The position numbers were made by a program, and so were the translations under genes. Below are positions 33,160-45,100 of a DNA stretch of 64,000 nt, piece by piece. Each line of letters opens with the position of its first letter. The stretch's first letter is position 1. This DNA is from Vicugna vicugna (Eukaryota), in the NCBI GenBank assembly GCA_013265495.1, contig MU058423.1:1315061-1379060 (forward strand), in the 5' to 3' direction. Under the pieces are notes generated by a model. The model searched no databases, was not told where the DNA came from, and saw only the letters and a list, made by a program, of their open reading frames with translations.

Positions 33160-36100
33160 GTTAGTGCCGGGCCGGGGCGCACCGGGGCGAGGGTGCGGGG
33201 ACAGCGAGGGGACCGCGGGCCAGAACAGGGCTTGATCGGGGCAGGGGGCCAGGGGACGGCGGTGCGGAGGGTTGCGATCCGAGAGCAGTCTGAGGGTCAT
33301 CCCTGGGGGCCGGGCAGGGGTCAGGTGAGCTGGAGGGAGGGCGCAGGTGGAGGTGGAAACCGGCTGGTGGGGACTGGGTCGGAGGTCAGAAGAGAAGCCA
33401 CGCCAGCGGGGGTGAGGGGGAGGCTGCCGGCCAAAGGAAGCCGTTGTGGGGCCCCGGGGCCACGTGTCCTTCCAGCCAGGAAGCTTGTGGGGCAACCGCA
33501 GAACTCGTCTCGAGGTCCCGGGACGCCTCCGGTGGGAGCCCGCGACCCAGCCCCGCTCGCGGCCGCCGCCCACCGAACTGGTCTTCCCGACGTGCTCCCA
33601 AGGGCGGCGGAGAGCCCGGGAGAGTGCGGCCTCGAGCAGAGCTGGGGTGGAGCCTGCTCAGCCGATTCCTTAGAATCAGACAAGTCTAGCGCCCCACTCC
33701 TGATCCTCTCTCAGTGAAGTGAGAATGTTTCTTCCGTCCAGGGTGGTGGGGATTCAGTTAAAGTCAACATTCGTTTCCTTTCTTCTCAACAGGAGCGCTG
33801 AGCTTTGGAAGGCAGATTAGGAATTCATTCATTTTTTTTTCATTCATTGAACAAACGTTGCTGCTTACCACTAGCCAGTCTGGTGGCCAAGAAGCCATAA
33901 CCCTTAGATAATTTGCCCAGAGGCCCCACCTTCTGAGAAGAAAGGAGCTGGATTGGAGAGTAAGCAGGAGTCATTCTCAGACAGCCCACCTCTCCTAACA
34001 TTGGCAATCAAAAGGTGGAGTGAGACCTCCTCTTACTCCAAGCCCCAGAGCTGGAGAGCCCTGTAGGGAGAGACTGGTGCTCCTTCTGCCGTTACCCCTG
34101 CCCCCTACCCCCAGCCCTTGCCGTTCTTCCTAAACACAGTTTTCCAGTGTCTATCTGGTCATTCATTTCCTGTACCAAGGCAGAAAGGTCAGAGACCATG
34201 GATGGGGACAGAGGCCTGGGAGTCTGCAGTGGCAGGAGCGGATGTAGGGTGGGGCTGGTGGTCTCTCTCCTCTGGAGAGCACCGGCCTGGTCATTCCTGG
34301 TCTCCCTCAACCCTCAGAAGTCTAGGTGAATGGAAGGCATCCGTCTGCTCCCTGCAGCCCAGAGTTGCTCCCACACACCTGGTCCCAAAACAGGGCTGAT
34401 GACTGTGCCAATAGGAGCTTCCTAGACATTGAGGACCTGTGGATGAGCAGCCAGTATGACTTGACCTGAGGTCTGGCACCTGTCAGGCCAGGGGACTGTG
34501 CCCTCTTCATCTTCCATACTGTCCTCCGCCTTCCTGGGGAGTTCCCCGTCCTTCTTTGCTTTTTTGGCCCCAAGGCAATTGTGTGGTCGGAGGGTGTGTG
34601 TGTGTGTGTGTGCACGTGTGTGTGTGTGTATGTGTGTGTGTGTATGTACACATGCATGTGTAAATCATCTAGGTGGGGAGGAGTGTCAGTGGTGGTGGTC
34701 TTGGCTTGAGGGCAGCCAAGCTAAAAGAGGAGGAACCAGCTTTCTGGATCAAGGTTCTAGAAAGTCCTTACATCCGAATTCTGCTAGTTCTGGGACTTTT
34801 CAGCAGAGGGCTGTGGGAGGGGCTTCCTGATGGAGGAACAAGTGTAACCAGACTCCTGACTTCCCTAGAAAGGGTGGCTCCCTTCTCAACTGAAAACTCA
34901 GGATAATTATTTCTTTCTAAGGCGCTGAGGATTAAATGAGATGACCTATATTAAAAATGTGTGTTTGATGGATGTTTTCTCTTCTGTTAATTAACCCCCT
35001 TTGAAAGGGTGGAGAAAGCAATCTTTATCTGGATTTCTTGGACCTCAGCCCCAAAGTCCAGTAACTTCTTTTGAGTTTGTGAGTTTTACTGTGCTCTTGT
35101 CTCTCCTGATAAAACAGGAAGAAATGGGCCGAAAATGCAACTCAAAGAATTTAGGGAAAGAAATCATTTCCTGAGGTTCTGGAATGATCAGAAAAAAAAA
35201 TTGGGGGTCTCTAGGTCTTTTGCAAACAGGAGGCATTCCCCATTTGTGGGATGTTTGGTGTGCACTGCATCCAGAAGGCCAGAGCATAGACATGAATCCT
35301 TCATAATTCCCACTCCCAACAGATTCTGTTGGTAGTCCCTAAATAGTCCCTGAGTCACTCTGTGCCTCAGTTTCCCCATCTGTATCAGAGATGCTTGTTC
35401 CTCGGACAGGAGGTGAGGATTGTCTTGAACAGTCTGTGCAGGTTGTGAGTAAGGTGTGGCGACAGATCCAAGTGTTCCAGGTCATTGTTCCCACAGCTAC
35501 AGTATTCGTAACATCCTTATTTATCGTGGTTAGCATTCTCCCCAGGAGTCATGGCTGGGCCACTGAGTACTGGCTTTTACTAGTCCCCAGAAGCCAGGTC
35601 TGGAGCTGTTAAGGGCAAGCAGTCGTCTCCCCTATTTCAGCACCCCACTTTCTTCCAGAGGGCTACTAACTCTTTACAGGAGTGGCAGACCCTGGCACCA
35701 AACCTTTTTGCCTCCTGGCAAAAGTCTTTCTCTTTTATCATGTGCATTTACACATTCAAGGGTTTGTGTGAGAATCCTAGGCAATTCCTTATTGCTATCC
35801 TTTCTCTCTTCCCCATCCTCCAGACACCAATCTGTACCCTCGAGCCCCAGAGGCCTGCTGCTCTGCTTTTAGCCTGGCAGAATGGTTGACCTGATCCAAC
35901 AGGCATAAAAGACTGAGCAAGAGTGGGAGTCGGGTGGAGATCAGACAGGTGATTTCCACTGCCACTGAGTGCCCCTCAGGCTGCTGATGCAACCAGTACA
36001 CGAGGGAGAATGTCCTGAGCCCTTCCCACCTGGGAGGAGGGATTCTGCACTAGAGCCCTGGAACAGATCCCATGAGACAATAGGTCCCAGGAGCCCCTTA

Positions 36101-39100
36101 GGATGTATCGTAGTGGGTGAGAGATGCACCATTGTAGATCGTCCTGAAATATTAGGAACTCTCCTGCTCAGAGATGAACTTTGCTCTCTATTTTGCCACC
36201 AGGAGAGGAGGCTTTTATGTTTGTATTGATATCCAGGAATTCCTCTTGCTAGAACAAATTTCTCCACTTAGATAATGATTGGGCCAGGTCTATTGATCTT
36301 AATCAGGGGAGGCAGTGACATGCTGTCTGTGGGGAGTGTTTGGTCCTGCGCTCTTGCTTGTAACCTTGAAGTCCTGGAAGTTCCACAGCGCAGCAGGTGG
36401 CCTTGCAGGGGCTATCTGCAGCTGTTGACCAAGTTAAGAAGAGAGAGGTCAGGAATCAGTTATGAAGACAGAAGATCCCAGTCCTGGGGCCGGCGTGGTC
36501 CAGTGCTCACAGTTGATGCTATCAGGCATTCTTCATTGTCCAGAGGTTGTAAGGAAACTCATTTCACAATCTGCAGCCCAGAATTGAAAGTCCTTAGCCG
36601 AGAAGCAGCCGGGCTTTGGAGGTGTTTGCCTATGACCTTTTCTCTCACCACACCCTGGGGCTCTTGGGAGGAGCTGAGGTCTGAGCTGCAGTGCCAGGAT
36701 GCTGTCTCTGTCAGTGCGGGCGTTCTGCTGCCTTCCTGGGTCCTGTCACAGCCTTCTTGCTCAACCACTGGGTGCGCAGGATGGAAACTGCTCTCCCCGA
36801 TCTGGAAGACAGCGCGTGGCTTGGCTTCTTAGAGTTGTGGCTGGAGACTGAAACAGCCGCCCCTTTACCGGGCTTTCTGTAACCAGACCGTGTTGGGGGA
36901 CAGGGAAGCCCTCCATGCCCTACAGGCCCAAGAAGATGGAAAGACGAGTGGTAGGCAGGATACTCAGGCGCTTCCCCAACTGGCTGCTGCGAGGACGCCG
37001 AGCAGGTCTGGACTGGATCGCCCACTTCCCTTTTTCCGGGGTGGTCCTCTTCGAGGAGGTTGCTTCTTCCTTGAAATGTTTCTTTTTCTTCTTCCTTTTA
37101 TATTTCAGCCTCCACCTGGTTCCCCATGTGACTGTGCTCGGAGGTTTCCCCTTCTGGTCTGCAGAGTCGGTCATGCCCTCTGTGGGGGTTGGTGTGGTCA
37201 CAGCCACGTGGCTCTCGAGCCTGTTCTGATTTATTGAGTCCAAGTCTGCTTGGGGCACAATGTCTCAGGTAGTCAGTCTCTTGTCACCCTGGGGCCAAGG
37301 GCCTCCCAGGCGGCCTCCCCAGTACATTTCCTTGACTGTTGAATCTGTGTTTTCTTTCCTCCTCTTGGCTCCTTGTGGCTCCAAATCTTCCAGGGCAGGC
37401 AAAGAAACTGTCCAGTTGGCTCTGATTCTGTGCCGGGATCTGAGGTGGTGGGCGGGCTCCGGGGACCTCAGCGTTGGCATGGCGGCTTGGAGGTGTGCAA
37501 GTTGCCCAGAGCAGCACAGCCTCCACCTGGGGCTTGGATCAATGAGATACCAAGTGAGCCCTGGTGTCTTGGTTTCAGTGCCTCTCCGGGAGAATTCGGG
37601 GGAAGCTGTAAAGGAACCAGAAAGAGCCCAGGAGCACTATCTGCCCAGCTTTGCCGGAGGGCAGCACTTCTTTGAGTACCTCCTTGTGGTTTCCCTCAAA
37701 AAAAAGCATTCAGGGGAGGACTATGAGCCCACGATCACCTACCAGTTTCCCAAGGTAAGGACTGACGGAGGGGGCCGGGGGTGGAAGAGGACTGCGGTGT
37801 CTGAGAGGCGGTGGGGAGGGGGGTGCCCTTTCCCTCCCTGACCAGGGCTGGAGTCTGGAGCTGCCCTGAGCTCACCACTCCTGTTTCCTGCAGGCCCAGC
37901 CCTGTTTTCTGTTATCACCCACAGAATCTAGGTCTGGCCTCTTTGTGAGGAACTGATCTCGGCTCCCTAGCCGGGAAACGAGGCCAGTTCTTCTGCCCTT
38001 TTGGGGGGCCTCCTAGTTCTTTCAAATTCCATCCTCAGCCACCCTGTTCTGTAGAGAAGCTTACCTTCTGCCACAGGTCCTTGGAGGAACCCTTTCCCTG
38101 GAGTGGATGGGAAGGACAGGGCAGGGCAGGACAGGTACATAGCTGATGGGCAGACATCAGTCTCCTTCTTGTCTGGTCCTGTGGTTGGTGAAGCAGCGGG
38201 GTTAGCTTCGCTTACCCTGTCCAAGCGGTGACTGAGCTGGCCACATCTCTTCTCTGATGTGGTCCTCCCAGGAAGCCAGGCGGTCTCTGGGCCTTTCTGT
38301 ATTCAGCGTGGTCCTGGCTCCCTTCCTAACTATGTAGATCCTTGGGATACTCAAGTCCAACTCAGGTTCATGTAGCCTTGGCCCAGGAAGAGCTCCTTCG
38401 GCCCTGGGGTTGTGCCAGCCAGAGGCCCAGGATGCAGTCTCTGTGCAGAGTGACGGGCAGAGATACGCTTGGAGCCACACGCCAGTAGAAAAGCTTATTC
38501 TCAGACTGCTTTCGAGCCTCAAGAGAAGCCCACCAGGCCTCAAGCCCTCTCCACCTGCTCGTACCTCCAACAGTCCACCTGTCTCTGCCTCTTCCTTACA
38601 GAGGGAGAACTTGCTTCGGGGCCAACAGGAGGAGGAGGAGCGGCTGCTCGGAGCCATCCCCTTGTTTTGCTTCCCAGATGGGAATGAGTGGGCTCCACTC
38701 ACTGAGTATCCCAGGTAATTGCCCGGCCCTAGGACAGGGGAATCTGGGATGGGAGGAGAAGGGATAAGTGTGAGCCATGTGATTCCTGCGCCCTTCTCAG
38801 TTGGAGTATATGCTGATTTCTCATCAGCTTCCTTCCTGATGGGGAGGGACCGGAGTTCATTCATTTCTAAACATTTGTCTGGGGTCGGTCTCTGGAGGCA
38901 AGCAATCTTAGCTAACCAGTCCTCTCTGTCCAGAGAAGGGCAAGTTTCTCTCACCTGTCCTAGGAGTGAGAATCACTGCGTTTTGACTGCCTCTGACAGA
39001 AGATGGCCTTAAGAGAAGGCCTTTGGTCTCTAAGGAGTCCCTTGTATGGCAAAGTCCTTTATACCTTGAGTCCTAGAACTGAGCTCGAATTTTGGCTTTA

Positions 39101-42100
39101 TCACTCATGAGGTGAATGAACTTGGATAAGAAACACTCCCTCAGAGTCTCAGTTCCTTCATCTTTAAAGTGGGGAAAGTCATTGAACCTACCTCAAAGAG
39201 TTGTTCGGAGAATTAAAGGAGGTGATGCATTTAAAGCTTGACACCAATAAGCACTTTAGGTAAATTACTGGTGTTCCGATTACTCTCAGGATTAGTCAGC
39301 AGCTCTCCTTGACCCATCTCACCCGCCTTGGCACCCCTCTGGTGCTGGCCGCCGTCCTGTTTTAGAAGCTGGTGAGCAAGTGCTAACTAGGTCTTGTCTG
39401 CTCATCCTCAGGGAGACCTTCTCCTTCGTTCTGACCAACGTGGATGGAAGCAGGAAGATCGGATACTGCAGGCGTCTCTTGGTCTGTGCAGCTCAGAACT
39501 GTCCCCTCTCCTCTGCAGCCTGCTCCGCTCCGCAGCTGGGGTTGCTCTAGCCCCAGTTGCAAAAGCCAAGGCTCTCTGGCAGTGGTGGTTGTAGACTGAG
39601 CACAGCCCAGCACCTGCTGCCATGTTAGTGCCGTCTGCAGCCTCACAAGAATGGGGGCACACCCCCCTCCTCACCCACCTCCGGGACCTTTGCTTTGGTC
39701 TTTACTCTCTCCAGCTTTCAAGCGTTCCCCTGTGAGGGAGGCTTCACCACAATCTGCCCTCCACCATCTCTATCCAGGCCTCGTTGCCTTGGCCCCTGGG
39801 GCCTCCCAGAACCTGGCCTGGGATTTGAACAAGGTTCAATCCTTGGGTCTCTCTAAGTCACTTTCAGAGCGCCCCCCTCCCTCGTTTTTTCCCTCATCTC
39901 TACAACACACATGTTCCCTCTTTGCTGACCCCTGATGGTGTTGGTGCTGTCCATGAGCCATCCACCCCCTTAAGGCCATCTTTTTTTTTTTTTCAGTGAC
40001 CGCTCTGGCCTCCCTGCTGCCTGTCCCTTGAATGGGACCTCTGTGCAGCCAGGCCTTTCTCCATCCCGCCCACCACCCGCGGTGAATCCCCCAGCCCCAG
40101 CCACCAGCCCCGTGCCCCATCAGCCCCAGCTGGGCGGAGGCCCTGGGGGGGCTGCGGCACTGAAGGAGCCTCTCTGTCCCCGCAGCCCGCCGGCCGCGGC
40201 CCTCGCCTCCCCAGGGTGTACTGCATCGTCAGCTGCATTGGCTGCTTCGGCCTGTTCTCCAAGGTAGGGGCGGGACAGGATTCCTTGGGGCCAGTTTGGC
40301 CTGTTCAGCCTCCAGGTCTGTCTGGCCGCCTGTCCTGTCTGTGCTCCCTGCACTCCTCCCCCACGGTCGGAGTCAGGCGAGGCGCTCGGGGGGAACCGGC
40401 GGAGAGGTGCTTGGGCTTGACTTGATTTTCGGGAAAAGTGGGAACTGAACCCAGAGGACTACTTCCCCTGCAGCAGAGAATCTGCTGCCCCAGGGCGGAG
40501 AGTATAGCTCAGCGGTAGAGCGCATGCCTAGCATGCATAAGGTCCTGGGTTCAATCCCCAGTGATTTCCCTAAAAAAATTTAAAAAGAAAGAAAGAAAGA
40601 AAGAGAATCTAGTAAGATGTCTAGTAAGAAGGCAGCTGGAGCAGGACAGTGGGGAGAGCTCCACATCTGGAATTCGGAGTTTCAGTTTCCTTGTTTGTCG
40701 AATGCATCCCTCCCCTTCTATTTCATGGGTTGGTATGAGGTGATATGTGAACAAAGCAGAGCACTAAACAAATATATAGACTATGCAATGGGACTTGGGA
40801 CTTGAGGGGGCTCCCTCTGACTCCTTTCAGGGTAGAAGGGAAGTTGAGGTTTCCAAGGATTTCTGCTGTAGCTAATTTGTGTGGCTCCGTGCCTGAGCTG
40901 AGTTCAGAGAGAAGTCCTTCAGAGTGGATGGGACATGTCTTAGTGGCACAAAAGGGCGTCAGTGTGCTCTGCCACAGGCATCCATCCTTTGGAAGGATGA
41001 AGGCAGTAAACTCAAACAGCCTTTGCTTGGGCGGAGTGTTCATCTGTGCGGAGTTCTGAGCGATGGAGGCCGTCCCTCCCTGGGGAGTCTCCAGTGGAAG
41101 TTGAAGGGCAGAGTGGCACCCAGCAGGCCCAGCTTCCATGCTCCTACTCCAGCCAGGACAAACGAACAAGGTACCATCGTGGATGATGAGTTTACTCTAG
41201 GACGACTTCCTGGGGAAGGTCGTCTATGTTGATGTTAGGAGAAAGGAGGAATATGGATTGGTAGACAGAGGATGAAAAGAATATGGCTAGGAAAAAGGGG
41301 GTTTTGTGCAGGAGATAAACAGCAGACTTGTTTCTGCCAAAGAGGAAAGAGAACCAGTTAAGGATTGGCTGGACCAGTGTGGGAGCCTCACATATGAGAT
41401 CTCTGCCACCCGCCCAGTAGCATCCCTTTGAGTCATGTCTCCTGGGGTTCTTTTCTGTGCAGATCCTGGATGAAGTGGAGAAGAGGCATCAGATCTCCCT
41501 GGCAGTCATTTACCCATTCATGCAGGGCCTCCGAGAGGCAGCCTTCCCTGCTCCTGGGAAGACCGTCACCCTCAAAAGCTTCATCCCCGACTCAGGCACT
41601 GAGGTGGGTGAGCAAAATGGGTGAGACCCTCCCCAGCAGGAGGGGGCGGGTTTCTGTGGCACGGCTCCTCATGGAGCTTCCATTCAGCAGGTTCACATTC
41701 AGAGAAACTGAGCCAGGTAGGGAGTGGGGCTTGGCTTGAATTATTCACAGAGCTAAAAATCAAACCCAAATTTTCTGATCCTTCCAACCTGATGCTCACA
41801 AGGACCTAGTCACCGCTCAAGCCACCAAGATTTTTATTTATAATAAATAAGCTATGTAAGCTGAGGCTCCTGGTACTAAAATGGCCTTTGCCCCCAGCCC
41901 CTAAACTGCCACTTTTCCCCATTACCTCCCTTATCTTCCTGTTTCTGTCCTGTATCTCTAGCTTATGGCCTCCACCTGTCTGTTTCTTATCACTCATCCC
42001 CACCCCTGAATCCCCACCCATGCCATATGGGGGATGTTACTGTTTTAAGACACTGAGCGGACAACGCAGCAGGTAGAACATTGTTTTAAGAATTCCAGCC

Positions 42101-45100
42101 CTGATCCATGGTACTCCGGATAATCTGAGTGTCCCTTTGAACCTTGGTTTCCCCATATAAGAATAAGAGGAGGGGGCTAGGCTTTTTCACTTACTCAAAA
42201 AGCAAGTATGAAAGGCCTGCTGTGTGCCAGGGCGCACTATTTTCCGGCTCTGAGGTGGTAAATAAAATGAATGTGGTTCCTGACCTTATGGCGCTAAAAG
42301 GCCAGTGGGGGAGGCAGACGTTAAATAAGTAAACACACACATGAATAGATAATCAAAACTTGTACGATTGTGACGAAAGGAAAAGAAAACAGGATCCTGG
42401 GTGAGAAAAGGGTGAGAAACACGTGTTGCATTAGGGGGCCCAGGAAGGCCTTTGAGACAACAAGGAGGGTAAGAATGAAGAGAGAAAATGTGGTCAATCA
42501 ACTACAATTTAAAAAAATAATTAATCAATCAACAACTAAAAAACAAAAGAAGAATGAAGGGAGGAGAGCAATCCAGAGGAGGAAAGAACCTCAGGCAGGA
42601 CACAGCATGACATGCTCAAGGAACCGGAAGGGGTTGATGAGACAAGCGAGGTGGGGGAGATGGCGGGAGAGGCAGGGCCTCGTGTGCCATGCCAGCGTAC
42701 ATCTGCGTTATCCTCAGAGCAGAGGGGAACTGTGGGTGGGTTTTTAGCAGGAGAGAGACAGGATCAGATTCCCTCCTGGGGGGAGAATGGGGTGGAGACT
42801 GGTAGAGGCCCAGCTTTCTGGGGTCTGTGTGATTTTTCAGTGTGCTGACCCCCTCTCTCTCTGGTTGCCCCACAGTTCATCTCATTGACGCGGCCCCTAG
42901 ACTCCCACCTAGAACATGTGGATTTTAGTTCTCTGTTGCGTTGTCTCGGTTATGAGAAGATTGTTCAGATCTTTGCCTCTGCTGTGCTGGAGAGAAGAAT
43001 CATCTTCCTGGCGGAAGGTCTCAGGTAGGTCCAGCCACTGAGCAGCTCACCTGAACTGATTGGCATCCCTGGGTTCCAGGGAACAGACCCGAGGGTTCTC
43101 CAAGGAAATCAGGCCACAGGACCCGTGTGCTCACCCTGCTGCCTCCCGGTCTTGACTTGCACTAAGTCTAGAGAAATAAGCTTTTGCAATCCCCCGTTTC
43201 TGCCTTCAAACTTAATTGCTGCCTAAGCCTGAAGCAGGTCCCTGATTTAGCCCTGAGAAGGGCTTGGAGTACTCCTGTGACAGCCCAGGTGGAGACCAGT
43301 TAGGTGGATGCAGACATGATTCTTTTCTTGAAACGCTGAGGGAGGGAGGGAGGGAGGGTGGAGGACAGGGCAGGAAGCCATATAATGGTACGGAAGTCAA
43401 GCCCATCATCCTTCACCGCAAACATATCTTATTTGTCCACTTGTTCACCCATCCAACAAACATTTATTGTGTGTCAGCTGTTTACCAGATGGTAAACTGG
43501 TATCAGGAAGATACAGACATACAAGATGTGGTCCTTGACCTGAAGGGGATATAGAATTATGTAGTGATTGAAAGCACTGGTGTTGAAATCAGCAGAATAA
43601 GGTTCCGGTTCTTTCCTTCAACCTTTAGCTACATGATTTTCTGTAGGTTAGTTTCTTAACTTCTTAAAGTCATGATCCTCTTGTCTGTAAAATGGAGATA
43701 TTGACTGTACTGACCTCATCAGGATGTGGTGAGGATTAAATGAAATAATCCCATTAGATAAGGAGCACCCCGCCAGGCACACATTGGTAAATGCTAGCTG
43801 TGATTCTTAACAATAAGCTCGCAGTTGAGTATATTCCTGTGTATAGTTGAAGCAGAGTAATATCATGTCTTGGTCTCTACCTCTTAGGGGCTTCAAGTTT
43901 GAGAAAGATGGGGAGACATGTGACAGAACAGAGAAGGGAGAAGGATCATAAAACAGGAGAAGGTTGAACTGTTCACGTCTGGGGATGAAGAAAGCTGATG
44001 ACACTGGGCTCACCACCTTGGTTTTTATCTTTTAGGGAAGAAGAAGAAAAGGATGTTAGGGACCCAAATGTTAGGTCAGAGGGTCAGGTGGATGTCATGG
44101 GTTTTAGAGGACAGGAAGCTTGGGCAGGGAATGGAGTCTGTGGGTTGAAAATTCTGTACAAACCAGTAATAACCAAAAAGGCACCAGTGGTAGGCTAATC
44201 CTTGAGGAAGTGGTGTGAGCTTTTATTTTTTTGGAAATAGCTCTTCCACTCTCGGCCCTGTAGGGAAGTGAAAAGTTTCTATCCTGGGTAGAGCTGGGAT
44301 TCTGTCCTTTTCCCCCTAAGATCGGTGTTTCAGAAGTGAAGGCGACTCCAGGTGTCCGCTGGCCTGGCCATGGGCTCACCTCTGGACAGTAACTTTCTTC
44401 CAGGAGACCCCACCTCTCCCCACTTCTTTCCCACACTGAGTGTTTCAGGTTTCTGAAGCTCAGGCAGGAAGGGGACTTCCAGTCAGCCCAAGTCTTGGCT
44501 AGACTCTCAGAGTCTCCATCTTTCTAACTCAGGAAGTGCTAGCTTGATACCAAGAACTGAAACAAGGTTTCCGCATCTGTGTTTATATTGGCCGTGGCTT
44601 TGGGGCAATTTGAAGAAACGAAGAGCCATGAAAGCTAGTGGAGAATAGAGAAGACAGAGGGTGGGGTTGTGTGTGTGGGTTGAGGGGGGAGTGGGAGGAG
44701 CTGAGGCCCAGTTGTGACTTAGGCAATAATTACGCAGGGATGCTTCATTGCAAAGGGTGGAGGAGCCACCTCAGTGGGACTTTCCGGGTAGAAATTGCTG
44801 GTAAGAGGTTCCTGGAATCTAGGAATTTCCCACACAAACACAGGCACCAACCTGGTAGCTTTAAATATTTAATTTAAATTTTATAAATATATATAAATAT
44901 AAATAAATATAAATATTTAAATTTAAATAAATTCCTGTGCCCAGAAAGCCGTGAGAGTTAAAGGCTGGGGATGAGACACAAAGGGGGGAAATAAGGCTTG
45001 ACCTCTCTGCTGTACTCCAATGTTTACATATTTGTCTCCTTAACGACACTGGGAGTTCCTTAAAAGCAGGGTCAGACTCATACTTCCTGGTATCCACATC

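Larger units (their letters stand above)
32690..33640 (+). promoter_or_regulatory. DENND2D: CpG island and upstream promoter of DENND2D
   Basis: Very high GC and CpG density around exon 1a. GC boxes (ccgccccgccc 32971-32981, ggggcggggc about 33051-33060) and an ETS core ccggaag (32959-32965). Confidence 0.9.

Noticed and set aside
32606..33717. Many long overlapping Pro/Arg/Gly-rich ORFs
   Set aside because: Artefact of stop-codon scarcity in the CpG island. Only 33102-33159 is supported as coding.
38202..38954. 250-aa minus-strand ORF
   Set aside because: Antisense shadow across DENND2D exon 3 and GC-rich intron with no family similarity.
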